From the NCBI GenBank assembly GCA_003141835.1, contig PLNR01000009.1, forward strand, positions 136,307 to 200,306: 64,000 nt of DNA, in the 5' to 3' direction. This document shows positions 9,729 to 18,886 of this stretch, in pieces (within the stretch, counting starts at the first letter, position 1; each line of letters opens with the position of its first letter). The stretch comes from Candidatus Omnitrophota bacterium (lineage in GTDB: Bacteria; Omnitrophota; Gorgyraeia; Pluralincolimonadales; Pluralincolimonadaceae). The notes under the pieces were generated by a model. It was not told the DNA's origin and did no database searches. It was given only the letters and a program-made list of their open reading frames with translations. The translations under genes and the position numbers were made by a program.

Positions 9729-11093
9729 TTACCTCTCCTCTTTAAGCGCGCGGACTATCGCCTTGAATACCCGTCCGCGCTCCTCGAAATTCCTGAACAT
9801 GTCGAAACTCGCGCACATAGGCGAAAGGAGCACGCAATCCCCTTCTTCCGCCTCGCCGAACGACTTCTTCACCGCGTCTTCCATTGTATCCGCGAATATA
9901 TACGGGGCCGCGCCCGAAAGATGCTCCCTTATCTTCTCCTTCGCCTCGCCTATCAGGACGAGCTTCTTTACCTTCGCGCCTACGACCTGGCGCGCCTTCC
10001 TGAAATCGCTTCCTTTGTCGTGGCCGCCGGCGATAAGTATAACCGGTTTCGCGCACGACTCGAGCGCCATCATCGTCGCAAGGACAGTCGTCCCCTTGGA
10101 ATCGTTTATGAACTCCACGCCCCTTGTGGTCCTCACGTGCTCGAACCTGTGCTCGAGACCCTTAAAACTTACCAGCGCTTCCTTGATCTTCTTCGGGCTT
10201 ATCCCGAATATCGAAGCCACGCAGAGGCAGGCGAGGACGTTCTCGATATTATGCGTTCCTTTTATCTTAAGTTCCGACGCGCCGCAGATCCTCTGCGGTT
10301 TCCCTCCCCGGCCGATAAAGACCGAGCCGTCCTCGAAAAAGGCCGCGGCTTTTTTATTTTTCCGCGAGAAGAAAAGCGCATTTGCCTTTGTCCTCGACTT
10401 AAGTCTCCTGGCCAGCGGGTCGTCGTAATTCAAGACCGCCCAGTCGTCCTTTCCCTGGTTCTCGAATATCCGCGCCTTCGCGTTGATATACGCGCGGAGG
10501 TCCGGATGCCTGTCAAAATGGTTCTGCGAAATATTCAGCACGACGGCGACATGCGGCCTGAACGTCTTTACGCTCTCGAGCTGGAACGAGCTGGTCTCGA
10601 GGACAACGACGGAGTTCTTCTTGACCTTAGCTATCTCGCCGCAGATCGGGTTGCCGATGTTGCCGCAGACGACGGCGCGTTTTCCGCCCTTCTTCAATAT
10701 CTCTCCTATAAGCGTCGTGGTCGTCGATTTCCCGTTCGTCCCCGTTACCGCGACTATCGGCGCCTTGCAGCACAGGTAACCGAGCTCTACCTCGCCTATG
10801 ACCGGGACCTTATGCTTCGCGGCCCATTTCAAGACCTGCGAATCCTCGGGTACCCCTGGACTTATTACGATAAGATCTTTACCTGCGACGAACCCAGGGG
10901 TATGGCCTCCCACCTCGACTTTTATCCTTTTCCATTCGAGGAAGCCCTTCGCTTCTTTTAATTTCTGCGAGTCGCCGGAATCGGTAGCCCAGACTTTCGC
11001 GCCGAGCTTCTTGAGCAGGAATGCCGCGGCCATCCCGCTCTTCGCGAGCCCTACCACCGTCACTTTTTTCCCTTTGAAACTTTTTGGGTTCAT
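9729..11093 (-). CDS. murD: UDP-N-acetylmuramoylalanine--D-glutamate ligase
   Basis: 454 aa with a Mur ligase P-loop (GTNGKSTTT). Confidence 0.92.
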   Translation of the reverse strand: MNPKSFKGKKVTVVGLAKSGMAAAFLLKKLGAKVWATDSGDSQKLKEAKGFLEWKRIKVEVGGHTPGFVAGKDLIVISPGVPEDSQVLKWAAKHKVPVIGEVELGYLCCKAPIVAVTGTNGKSTTTTLIGEILKKGGKRAVVCGNIGNPICGEIAKVKKNSVVVLETSSFQLESVKTFRPHVAVVLNISQNHFDRHPDLRAYINAKARIFENQGKDDWAVLNYDDPLARRLKSRTKANALFFSRKNKKAAAFFEDGSVFIGRGGKPQRICGASELKIKGTHNIENVLACLCVASIFGISPKKIKEALVSFKGLEHRFEHVRTTRGVEFINDSKGTTVLATMMALESCAKPVILIAGGHDKGSDFRKARQVVGAKVKKLVLIGEAKEKIREHLSGAAPYIFADTMEDAVKKSFGEAEEGDCVLLSPMCASFDMFRNFEERGRVFKAIVRALKEER

Positions 11094-12181
11094 CTAAGTT
11101 TTAATGTCGATAGGCTGAAAAGCGCCAGTATTATCCCGATTATCCAGAACCTTATGACCACCTTTGTCTCGGACCACCCCTTCATCTGGAAATGGTGATG
11201 TATCGGCGCCATGAGGAATATCCTCTTTTTAAGCAGCTTGAACGACGCGACCTGGAGGATGACCGAGAGCGCCTCAAACACGAATATGCCGCCTACAATA
11301 AGGAGCAGGAGTTCTTTCTTTATGAATATCGCCACGATGCCTATCGCCCCGCCGAGCGCCAGCGAACCTGTATCACCCATGAAGACGGTAGCCGGGAACG
11401 AATTGAACCAAAGGAATCCCAGCCCGGCCCCGAGTATCGCCGCGCAAAATACGGCCAGCTCGCCCGCGCCCGGGATGAACATGATATTAAGATATTCGCT
11501 TATCTTGGCGTTACCGGTGATGTAGCTTAAAGCCATATAGGCGAGCGCAACTATCGCAGTGCAGCCTATCGCGAGCCCGTCGAGCCCGTCGGTCAGGTTG
11601 ACCGCGTTCGAGGCGCCGACAACCACGACCGTGGCAAATAATATATAGAATATCCCCAGCGGTACCATCGCGTTCTTTAAAAACGGCACATCGAGGTTCT
11701 TGCTGATATGCGGGTCGCAAACGACATAAAGCCCTATCAGGAAGCCGAGCATTATCTGTCCTATGAACTTCGACCTCGCGGTAAGCCCCTTGGATTTCAT
11801 CAGCCTTAACTTGAGGTAATCGTCAAGGAAACCGACGACGCAGAGCCATATTATCGATACGAGAGATAAAAGGACATACTTGTTCGTCAGGTCGCCCCAG
11901 AGAATAGTCGAGAGGACGACGGCCGTGACTATCAGGAGGCCGCCCATCGTCGGCGTCCCAGCCTTGTTCTTGTGCATCTCATAGATGCCTTTGGCGTCGT
12001 CCGAGGTGCGCACGACCTGCCCTATCTTGAATTCGCGCAATTTCTCGATGATATAAGGCCCCAATACCATGCAGAGAAGGAATGAAGTGATCGCAGCGCC
12101 GGCCGCGCGGAAAGTGATGTACTTGAATACGTTGAAACCGAAGAACAGATCCTTTAGCGGGTAGAGCAGGTGGTAAAACAC
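11090..12181 (-). CDS. mraY: phospho-N-acetylmuramoyl-pentapeptide transferase
   Basis: 363-aa polytopic membrane protein with MraY motifs (NAVNLTDGLDGLA). Confidence 0.92.
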   Translation of the reverse strand: MFYHLLYPLKDLFFGFNVFKYITFRAAGAAITSFLLCMVLGPYIIEKLREFKIGQVVRTSDDAKGIYEMHKNKAGTPTMGGLLIVTAVVLSTILWGDLTNKYVLLSLVSIIWLCVVGFLDDYLKLRLMKSKGLTARSKFIGQIMLGFLIGLYVVCDPHISKNLDVPFLKNAMVPLGIFYILFATVVVVGASNAVNLTDGLDGLAIGCTAIVALAYMALSYITGNAKISEYLNIMFIPGAGELAVFCAAILGAGLGFLWFNSFPATVFMGDTGSLALGGAIGIVAIFIKKELLLLIVGGIFVFEALSVILQVASFKLLKKRIFLMAPIHHHFQMKGWSETKVVIRFWIIGIILALFSLSTLKLR

Positions 12182-13479
12182 TTCTTGATCTCCTCCATTT
12201 TCATACCGCGCGAACCTTTTACCAGCACCAGATCCCCTTCTTTCAATATGCCTTTCAAGGCCTTAGCGGCCTCTACGGAATTTTTGAAACGGAGGAGGGA
12301 CATACCGCCGATGCCCTCCTCCTGTGCGCCCTCAAGGATATACCCGGAGAGCGTGCCCACACTCACGAAAAGATCCACTTTGGCTTTCGCCGCGAACTTG
12401 CCGATATCGCGATGGAGTTCCGGCCCGGCCGCGCCCAGCTCGAGCATGTCGCCTGCCACGAGCACCTTCCTCTTATACGGCTGCATGTCGCGCAGCGTCC
12501 CGACGGCGCTCTCCAGCGAAGCCGGGTTGGAATTATAGCAGTCAAAGATGAAATCTATCCCCTCGCACTTCTCGTATTCCATCCTGAGCTTCGGCAGGAC
12601 AAAATCCTCAAGGAGTTTCGACGCGGACCTTATCTCTATCCCATATAATGAAGCCGCGGAGATGGCTGCCATCGCATTGTAAACGTTATGTCTCCCTAGC
12701 ATCCTGAGCTTCACGACATACGTATCGTTGAGCGCGAAATTTATCCCGCAGTCGCTCTCCTGCGCGTTCTCTGCGACAAGATCGCAATCTTCGTTGAAGC
12801 CGAAAGTCACTACTTCCCCGCACATTTTTTTGGCGGTGATGGCGAGTATTTCGTCATCACCATTAACTACGGCCGAGCCGTCCTCCCCGATCCTCTTTAA
12901 CAGGTCAAGTTTCTCTTTCCTGACGTTCTCTACCGAGCCGAAGAACTCCAAATGCGACGGCCCTGCATTCAATATGATCCCGCAATTCGGCTCGACTATG
13001 TCGGCCAGATATCCGATCTCGCCGGGATGGTTCGTCCCCAGCTCGATGACCGCTATCTCGTGGCTTTCTTTTAATTTTAACAGCGTCTGCGGTACACCTA
13101 TGAAATTATTCTCCGTCCCTTCGTTCTTCAGGACTTTGTACCTGGATGACAGTATCAGGGCTAGCATCTCCTTCGTAGTCGTCTTCCCGTTCGAGCCGGT
13201 CAACGCGATGACGGGGATGTCGAACCTGTTGCGGTGGAACTTCGCGATCGCGCCTAGGGCCTTGACGGTGTCGTTTACCAGTATCACCGTAAAACCGGGT
13301 TTGGGCGAAGGTATATCGCGGCTTACTATTGCCCCGGCCGCGCCTTTCCATACAGCTTCATTCACAAAATCATGGCCGTCAAAATTAGGCCCTTTTACCG
13401 CTATGAAGAGCGAATGCTTCTCTATCTTCCTCGTATCGGTAGAAACATCCGGAAAGATGGTCTCCGAACCTCCATTCAC
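12154..13479 (-). CDS. murF: UDP-N-acetylmuramoyl-tripeptide--D-alanyl-D-alanine ligase
   Basis: 441 aa with a Mur ligase P-loop (GSNGKTTTKEM). Confidence 0.9.
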   Translation of the reverse strand: MNGGSETIFPDVSTDTRKIEKHSLFIAVKGPNFDGHDFVNEAVWKGAAGAIVSRDIPSPKPGFTVILVNDTVKALGAIAKFHRNRFDIPVIALTGSNGKTTTKEMLALILSSRYKVLKNEGTENNFIGVPQTLLKLKESHEIAVIELGTNHPGEIGYLADIVEPNCGIILNAGPSHLEFFGSVENVRKEKLDLLKRIGEDGSAVVNGDDEILAITAKKMCGEVVTFGFNEDCDLVAENAQESDCGINFALNDTYVVKLRMLGRHNVYNAMAAISAASLYGIEIRSASKLLEDFVLPKLRMEYEKCEGIDFIFDCYNSNPASLESAVGTLRDMQPYKRKVLVAGDMLELGAAGPELHRDIGKFAAKAKVDLFVSVGTLSGYILEGAQEEGIGGMSLLRFKNSVEAAKALKGILKEGDLVLVKGSRGMKMEEIKKCFTTCSTR

Positions 13480-13499
13480 CAGTTTCCCGCCTGTCGCCT

Positions 13500-14969
13500 C
13501 TAAGATATCTTTTGTGCTGAAAATGTTTTTTTCACAACCTCCCTGTCATCGAACACTATAGTCGTATTCTTGAATATCTGGTAGGCCTCATGCCCTTTCC
13601 CGGCTATAAGGACGCAATCGCCTGCCCCGGCCGTAGAGAGCGCCTCTTCGATGGCGCGCTGCCTGTCCAGTATGACCTTATAGTTCTTCTTCGATATTCC
13701 TGCCACGATCTCATCGGCTATTGCCTGCGGCTCCTCGCTGCGCGGGTTGTCGGATGTCACAATAACGATATCCGACATCTCGCTCGCAACCTTGCCCATG
13801 CGCGGGCGTTTAGTCCTGTCGCGGTCCCCGCCGCAGCCGAACACTACGATTATCTTTTTGCTGATCAGGGGTTTTAGCGCCGAGAGGACGTTGTATAACG
13901 CGTCATCGGTGTGCGCGTAATCCACGAATATTTTGAACGGTTGGCCGCAATCCACCGGCTCGAGCCTGCCCGGCACCGCCTTCATATCCTCAAGCCCGCG
14001 CTTCACCTCGCCTGCCGGGAACCCGAGGCTCATGCCGCAGGCAGCCGCCGCTGCCATATTATAGACATTGTGCATGCCGATAAGTTTTGAATTCACGTGC
14101 AGGCTGCCTTTTGGCGAATTTATAGTGAACTTCGTCCCGTCCAGCGAGAGCTTTATGTCCGAGGCGAGGTAATCGGCCACGAGCTTTGTCCCGTACGTCA
14201 CGACCTTGCCCTTAGAGACCTTGACCAGTTTCCTGCCCCACTCATCGTCTATGTTTATCACGGCATACGCGCTGTCTTTAAGCCCTTCGAAGAGGCGGCA
14301 CTTCGCCCTGAAATATCCGTCGAACGTCTTATGGTAATCGAGGTGGTCGCCGGTAAGGTTTGTGAATATCGCCGCGGAGAAATCTATGCCGCCTACCCTG
14401 TTCTGGTCGAGGGCGTGCGATGAGACCTCCATCACGAGGTGATCGCTGGAATTCCTTACCATCTCTCCCATGAAACCGTAGAGCTCGACCGGCCCGGGCG
14501 TGGTGTTCGTCGCGGGTATGATGCGTTTCCCTATCCTGTAACTTATCGTCCCGATAATGCCGGCCTTATGGCCTGCGGCCGCGATTATCGAATCCATCAG
14601 GTACGATATCGTCGTCTTGCCGTTTGTGCCGGTTATCCCGATGCAAGTCAGTTTCCCTGAAGGCCTGCCGAAGAAATTATCGGCTATCTTCGGCGCCGCG
14701 GCCCTCGAATCCCTGACGAATATCCTGGCCACATCATCGGGAAGCGCTATATCTTTTTCAAGGACGACGGCAACCGACCCTTTGTCAACGGCCTCATTGG
14801 CGAACTTGTGTCCGTCGAAATTCACGCCTGAGACGGCGATGAACAGCGAATCTTTCCCTGCCTTCTTGGAATCGCTGGATACGCCTTTGATATCTGTATC
14901 GAGGCCGCGCGGGAAGGCCGATTGCGCCTTATATTCCACGTCTTTCAACAGGTCTTTTAGTTTCATCAA
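13500..14969 (-). CDS. murE: UDP-N-acetylmuramoyl-L-alanyl-D-glutamate--2,6-diaminopimelate ligase
   Basis: 489 aa with GITGTNGKTT, located between ftsI and murF. Confidence 0.9.
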   Translation of the reverse strand: MMKLKDLLKDVEYKAQSAFPRGLDTDIKGVSSDSKKAGKDSLFIAVSGVNFDGHKFANEAVDKGSVAVVLEKDIALPDDVARIFVRDSRAAAPKIADNFFGRPSGKLTCIGITGTNGKTTISYLMDSIIAAAGHKAGIIGTISYRIGKRIIPATNTTPGPVELYGFMGEMVRNSSDHLVMEVSSHALDQNRVGGIDFSAAIFTNLTGDHLDYHKTFDGYFRAKCRLFEGLKDSAYAVINIDDEWGRKLVKVSKGKVVTYGTKLVADYLASDIKLSLDGTKFTINSPKGSLHVNSKLIGMHNVYNMAAAAACGMSLGFPAGEVKRGLEDMKAVPGRLEPVDCGQPFKIFVDYAHTDDALYNVLSALKPLISKKIIVVFGCGGDRDRTKRPRMGKVASEMSDIVIVTSDNPRSEEPQAIADEIVAGISKKNYKVILDRQRAIEEALSTAGAGDCVLIAGKGHEAYQIFKNTTIVFDDREVVKKTFSAQKIS

Positions 14970-16693
14970 TCCTCTACGCTCTGGAGCTCAACCGCCCTCT
15001 TGACCTCAGTTATATTCTCCGGCTTTATCTCAAGATATCTTAAAGTATCCTTTACTACCTTGCTGAATACCGGGGCGGCGACCACGCCTCCGTAATACTG
15101 CGGGTGCGGCTGGTCGAGCATCACCACGACTACGACCCTCGGGTCCTTTACCGGCGCGAACCCGACGAACGAGCCGATGAATTTCGAATGCGAATATGCG
15201 CCGTTCTCGATCTTCTGGGAGGTCCCGGTCTTGCCGCCGACATCATACCCCTCTACCTTGGCGAGTTGGCCGGTCCCGTCGGTCACGACCCCGCTTAATA
15301 TATCACGCATAGTCGCGGCTGTCTTTTCCGAGAGGACATCCCTTATTTCCTCGGGCGGGAATTCCTTTATCATTTCGCCGTGCTTATCCTGCACTGCCTG
15401 GATGACCCTCGGCCTCACAAGTCTTCCGCCGTTCGCGATGACAGACATGGCGCAGGCCATCTGTATCGCGGAGACGCTCACCTCCTGGCCCATGGGTATC
15501 GCGTACATCGAAGTGCCGGACCACTGCGAAGGCGGCCGTATGAACCCGGGGACTTCGCCGGGCAGGTCGATCTTCGTCATGTCGCCGAAACCGAATTTCT
15601 TTATATAATTGTATAGGTTATCCCCGCCGAGCTTGAAGGCGACCTTGACCGTGCCTATGTTAGATGATCTCTCGATGACCTGCCTGAAGGTGAGCCAGCC
15701 CTGCGGCGTGTGGTCGTGCAAAATTCTCCCGCCGCCGTGGCTCCACGCGCCGTTCTCGCAGAAGAACCTGTCGTTTAACCCGACCTTATTCTCATTGAGC
15801 GCGGCCGACGCCGTGACTATCTTGAACATCGAGCCGGGCTCATACATGTCGGTGACGGCGCGGTTCCTCCTGTTCTCGGCGTTCGCGCGCTGGAAGGAAT
15901 TAAGGTCGTAAGTCGGCCTGCTCGACATCGCGAGTATGTCGCCGTTCTTCGGGTCCATGACTATTATGCACGCGCCTAACGGATGGTATTTCTTGACGGC
16001 CGCGTCGAGCTCGCGCTCGGCGACGTTCTGTATTATGTCGTCTATGGTGAGGACAAGGTCGAGGCCGTCTATCGAGGGATAATATTCGTATTCGAAAGAG
16101 GCTATCTCGCGGCGGCGCGCGTCCCTGAAAGTCGCCCTGTAACCGGCCGAACCCTTCAGGTACGGATCGTACTTAAGCTCGAGCCCCTCGAGGCCTTTGT
16201 TATCGGTGCCGGCGTACCCGACTATCTGGCTGGCTAGGGTATTGTTGGGGTATACCCTCTTCGGCTCTTTCATGAAATCTATGCCCTTGATATTCAGGGC
16301 TTTTACCCTTGCGGCCTCGGCCGGGCTTAACTTGCGCTTGATCCAGATGAAACCCTTGTCCTTATTGAGCCGTGCGTAGACGTACTGCTCGTTCAAGCCC
16401 ATCGCCGACGCAAGCCTTTTCGCCGCTGCCCTCTTCTCCTGGACCACCCTGTCGTCCGAGAATACGGACTGCAGGTTGAGTGAGACGGCAAGCGGCCTCA
16501 TGTTCCTGTCGTAGATAGTGCCGCGCGTAGGCTGTAGCTCTATGACCGCAGTATGCTGTTTCCTGGCGAGCTGTGTGAGGTTGTAGGATTTGGCGAGTTG
16601 TAAATATAAAACGCGGATCAAAAGGATGCTTAATAAAATGAGAAATAGAGAAAATACCGCATTGAGGCGGTTTTTGTGGGCTCTTGTATACAC
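14966..16693 (-). CDS. ftsI: penicillin-binding protein (FtsI-type class B transpeptidase)
   Basis: 575 aa with an N-terminal transmembrane segment, a PBP dimerisation region and a transpeptidase SxxK motif (SMFK). Confidence 0.9.
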   Translation of the reverse strand: MYTRAHKNRLNAVFSLFLILLSILLIRVLYLQLAKSYNLTQLARKQHTAVIELQPTRGTIYDRNMRPLAVSLNLQSVFSDDRVVQEKRAAAKRLASAMGLNEQYVYARLNKDKGFIWIKRKLSPAEAARVKALNIKGIDFMKEPKRVYPNNTLASQIVGYAGTDNKGLEGLELKYDPYLKGSAGYRATFRDARRREIASFEYEYYPSIDGLDLVLTIDDIIQNVAERELDAAVKKYHPLGACIIVMDPKNGDILAMSSRPTYDLNSFQRANAENRRNRAVTDMYEPGSMFKIVTASAALNENKVGLNDRFFCENGAWSHGGGRILHDHTPQGWLTFRQVIERSSNIGTVKVAFKLGGDNLYNYIKKFGFGDMTKIDLPGEVPGFIRPPSQWSGTSMYAIPMGQEVSVSAIQMACAMSVIANGGRLVRPRVIQAVQDKHGEMIKEFPPEEIRDVLSEKTAATMRDILSGVVTDGTGQLAKVEGYDVGGKTGTSQKIENGAYSHSKFIGSFVGFAPVKDPRVVVVVMLDQPHPQYYGGVVAAPVFSKVVKDTLRYLEIKPENITEVKRAVELQSVED

Positions 16694-16750
16694 TTATATC
16701 CTACCCTTGTTTTCGGCGGAAAACTATGGGTATGTATTAATAAAAAACTG

Positions 16751-17137
16751 CTATTTAGCTAAGTTCGCCTGCGCTTCCGGCCCTAAAGCGAAGAGGCTGG
16801 CGGCGGTCTGGCGTATCTTCCCGAAGAAACCCGCGGTGCGGGTGATATTTTTCATGCCGGTCTCGCCCGTCCCTGCCGAGACCAGGATAACGCGTTCCCT
16901 GGACGGGATCTCAAGCTTCATCTGCTTCGCGAGCAGCGTCCGCTCCAGCCTCGCCGGGGATTCCAGCTGCCTTACATTATATAGCAATACCTTATTGCGG
17001 TCAAGGAGGTCGGAATACATCTTGTCCTTGGCCTTTATGTCATAGCTAAGGTGCACCAGGGCCGTCTGCTGGCTTACATAAAGCAGCGCGACCATAGTCA
17101 CCATAACAGTTGTCGTCAAAAATTTATATGTGCTCAT
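16751..17137 (-). CDS. ftsL: cell division protein FtsL-like (single TM plus coiled coil)
   Basis: 128 aa with one transmembrane helix followed by a coiled-coil region, at the conserved position between rsmH and ftsI. Confidence 0.7.
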   Translation of the reverse strand: MSTYKFLTTTVMVTMVALLYVSQQTALVHLSYDIKAKDKMYSDLLDRNKVLLYNVRQLESPARLERTLLAKQMKLEIPSRERVILVSAGTGETGMKNITRTAGFFGKIRQTAASLFALGPEAQANLAK

Positions 17138-17145
17138 CTTAACCC

Positions 17146-18045
17146 CTAAACCCTTCTCGCGGCCCGCAGCTTCGCGCTCCGCGACCTCGGATTCTCCCCG
17201 ATCTCCCCTTCTTCCGGAGTCAGGGGTTTCTTGTAAAGGATATTCAATATCTTATTCGCCTTGGCTTCCCTGAACTTGTTCTTTACGATCCTGTCCTCGA
17301 GCGAATGGTACGAGATCACGCATATCGCTCCCGAAGGACTCAACAGCCCTATCGCGTCATCCAGCGCTTTCCCGAGGACGTTCAATTCGTCGTTTACCGC
17401 TATCCTGAGCGCCTGGAAAGTCCTCGTCGCCGGGTGCACCCTCCCGTGTTTGCCTTTGTACGGGACGGCGCGCATTATGACATCGACGAGCTTGGCTGTT
17501 GTATCGATCCGGTCCTCTTCCCTGCGCTCGACGATAGCTTTAGCTATCCTGCGGCTGAACCTCTCCTCACCGTATTCATAAATGATCCGGCTCAGGTCGG
17601 CCTCAGGGTAGCGGTTCACCATTTCTTCCGCCGTCAGTTCAGCCCCCTTATCCATGCGCATATCCAACGGGGCGTCGTAACGGAAGCTGAACCCTCTCTC
17701 AGCCTTGTCGAACTGCATCGAAGAGACGCCGAGATCGAACAAGAAACCGTCGGCTCTTTCGATATTCGATTTTTCAAAGATCGCTTTCAACTCACCAAAG
17801 TTGCCTTGCACCAAAAGGACGTTCGTCTCCCCGAACCTCCTTAATCTCTCTTTAGCTATCTCAAGCGCTTCGCCGTCTCGGTCTATCCCTACCAGCCTGC
17901 CGCCCGGCAATATCTTTTCCAGTATCGCCTCGGCATGGCCGCCGAGCCCGAGCGTGCAATCGACTATCGTCTTGCCCGGCGCCGGCGCGAGCGCCTCAAC
18001 AACCTCTTTTAAAAGAACGGGCTTATGTATTATCTCCCCGCTAAT
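17146..18045 (-). CDS. rsmH: 16S rRNA (cytosine1402-N4)-methyltransferase RsmH; start codon uncertain (non-canonical)
   Basis: The ORF track starts at a TTG at 17910. The conserved RsmH N-terminus (IIHKPVLLKEVVEALAPAPGKTIVDCTLGLGGHAEAILEK) is encoded upstream, in frame, from 18045 to 17911. That stretch has no ATG, GTG or TTG; only ATT at 18045 and ATA at 18033 or 18030 are available. Confidence 0.8.
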   Translation of the reverse strand: MSGEIIHKPVLLKEVVEALAPAPGKTIVDCTLGLGGHAEAILEKILPGGRLVGIDRDGEALEIAKERLRRFGETNVLLVQGNFGELKAIFEKSNIERADGFLFDLGVSSMQFDKAERGFSFRYDAPLDMRMDKGAELTAEEMVNRYPEADLSRIIYEYGEERFSRRIAKAIVERREEDRIDTTAKLVDVIMRAVPYKGKHGRVHPATRTFQALRIAVNDELNVLGKALDDAIGLLSPSGAICVISYHSLEDRIVKNKFREAKANKILNILYKKPLTPEEGEIGENPRSRSAKLRAARRV

Positions 18046-18048
18046 TGC

Positions 18049-18498
18049 TTAGCCTTTCTCTTCCAAGTCCAGCAAATTCTCAGCGGTCTTTTCGAACGAC
18101 GGCGCGGCGCCCTCGTAGTACTTGCGCCACTCCTCCTTCGACCATATCTCTATCCTGTTCGAGACGCCGATTATCATGACGTCCCGTTTTATCCCGGCAT
18201 ATTCTTTGAGGTATTGCGGGAGAAGGATCCTCCCCTGTTTGTCGCAGGAGATGTCGGCCGCGCCCGAAAAAAACAGGCGGTTGAATGTTCTCGAGACCGC
18301 CTTTGTGAACGACATCGATTTGAATTTTTGTTCCTGGGTCTTCCACTCTTCCTCGGTGAATACGAAGAGGCATTTGTCGAGGCCGCGGGTGACGTAGAAC
18401 TTCTCGGCGAATTGTTCCTTGAACACATCGCGGAACTTGGAAGGTATGATGATCCTCCCCTTCCTGTCGATAGTATGTTCGTATTCGCCGTAGAACAT
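18049..18498 (-). CDS. mraZ: transcriptional regulator MraZ
   Basis: 149 aa with the duplicated MraZ/SpoVT-AbrB-like fold. It is the first gene of the dcw cluster. Confidence 0.9.
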   Translation of the reverse strand: MFYGEYEHTIDRKGRIIIPSKFRDVFKEQFAEKFYVTRGLDKCLFVFTEEEWKTQEQKFKSMSFTKAVSRTFNRLFFSGAADISCDKQGRILLPQYLKEYAGIKRDVMIIGVSNRIEIWSKEEWRKYYEGAAPSFEKTAENLLDLEEKG

Positions 18499-18546
18499 CT
18501 GCCGTCCCCCCGTAACCGCTTATAAAGAAATTAAAGGCTGTGGATC

Positions 18547-18575
18547 CCGAAATCTTAAAAAGGACCGGCTGGACC
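18547..18575 (-). terminator. hairpin plus T-run inside the putative mraZ 5' UTR (attenuator- or terminator-like)
   Basis: AAAAAGG-ACCGGCTGGA-CCTTTTT is an inverted repeat. On the minus strand it is followed by TTTTTAAGATTT. Confidence 0.3.
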
Positions 18576-18683
18576 TTTTTCTCTTTGCCTTTCCCTCTCA
18601 CGAGGGCTCCCCGACAAAGGCGAATTTGGAATCCACAACCTTATCCTCCACTTTGAACCACTTTACTCCACCTGACGATACAA

Positions 18684-18712
18684 AGTATATACTCTCCCTC
18701 CACCCTTGTCAA
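18684..18712 (-). promoter_or_regulatory. putative sigma70-type promoter of mraZ (dcw cluster)
   Basis: The minus strand reads TTGACA, a 17-nt spacer, then TATACT. This sits about 185 nt upstream of the mraZ ATG. Confidence 0.45.
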
Positions 18713-18805
18713 GGGGAAAAATGCTATAATTCCCGCCGCTTGTGCCACGCCCTACGGCATATATATACTGGCCTCTTCGACCTTGTGTTCTTGCAGGGAC
18801 GTTCG

Positions 18806-18886
18806 CCTTGAAATTTAAGTCTCGCTTGGCCTTTCTTTATTACTCGCAGCAAGCAGGAGCAACTGCGTCATAAACCGGCTCTGCGC
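18806..18886. repeat. intergenic repeat element, copy B
   Basis: Shares CCTTGAAATTTAAGTCTCGCTTGGCC, TTTCTTTATTaCTCG and CATAAAcCGgCTCTgCGC with copy A. The central hairpin differs (CGCAG...CTGCG). Confidence 0.6.

Noticed and set aside
9333-10961. A 542-aa plus-strand ORF rich in His, Arg and Glu.
   Set aside because: It is entirely antisense to murD, which carries Mur ligase motifs. This is a shadow ORF typical of GC-rich third positions. The same applies to 45317..47110 (antisense recG), 52678..53901 (antisense tgt), 55310..56494 (antisense SpoIID/ruvB), 35828..36775 (antisense etfA/etfB) and 1234..2166 (antisense yggS).
18713-18730. A plus-strand TTGTCA ... TATAAT promoter-like pair.
   Set aside because: The spacer is only 13 nt, and there is no plus-strand gene downstream. 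The same TTGACA hexamer works on the minus strand with a 17-nt spacer as the mraZ promoter.
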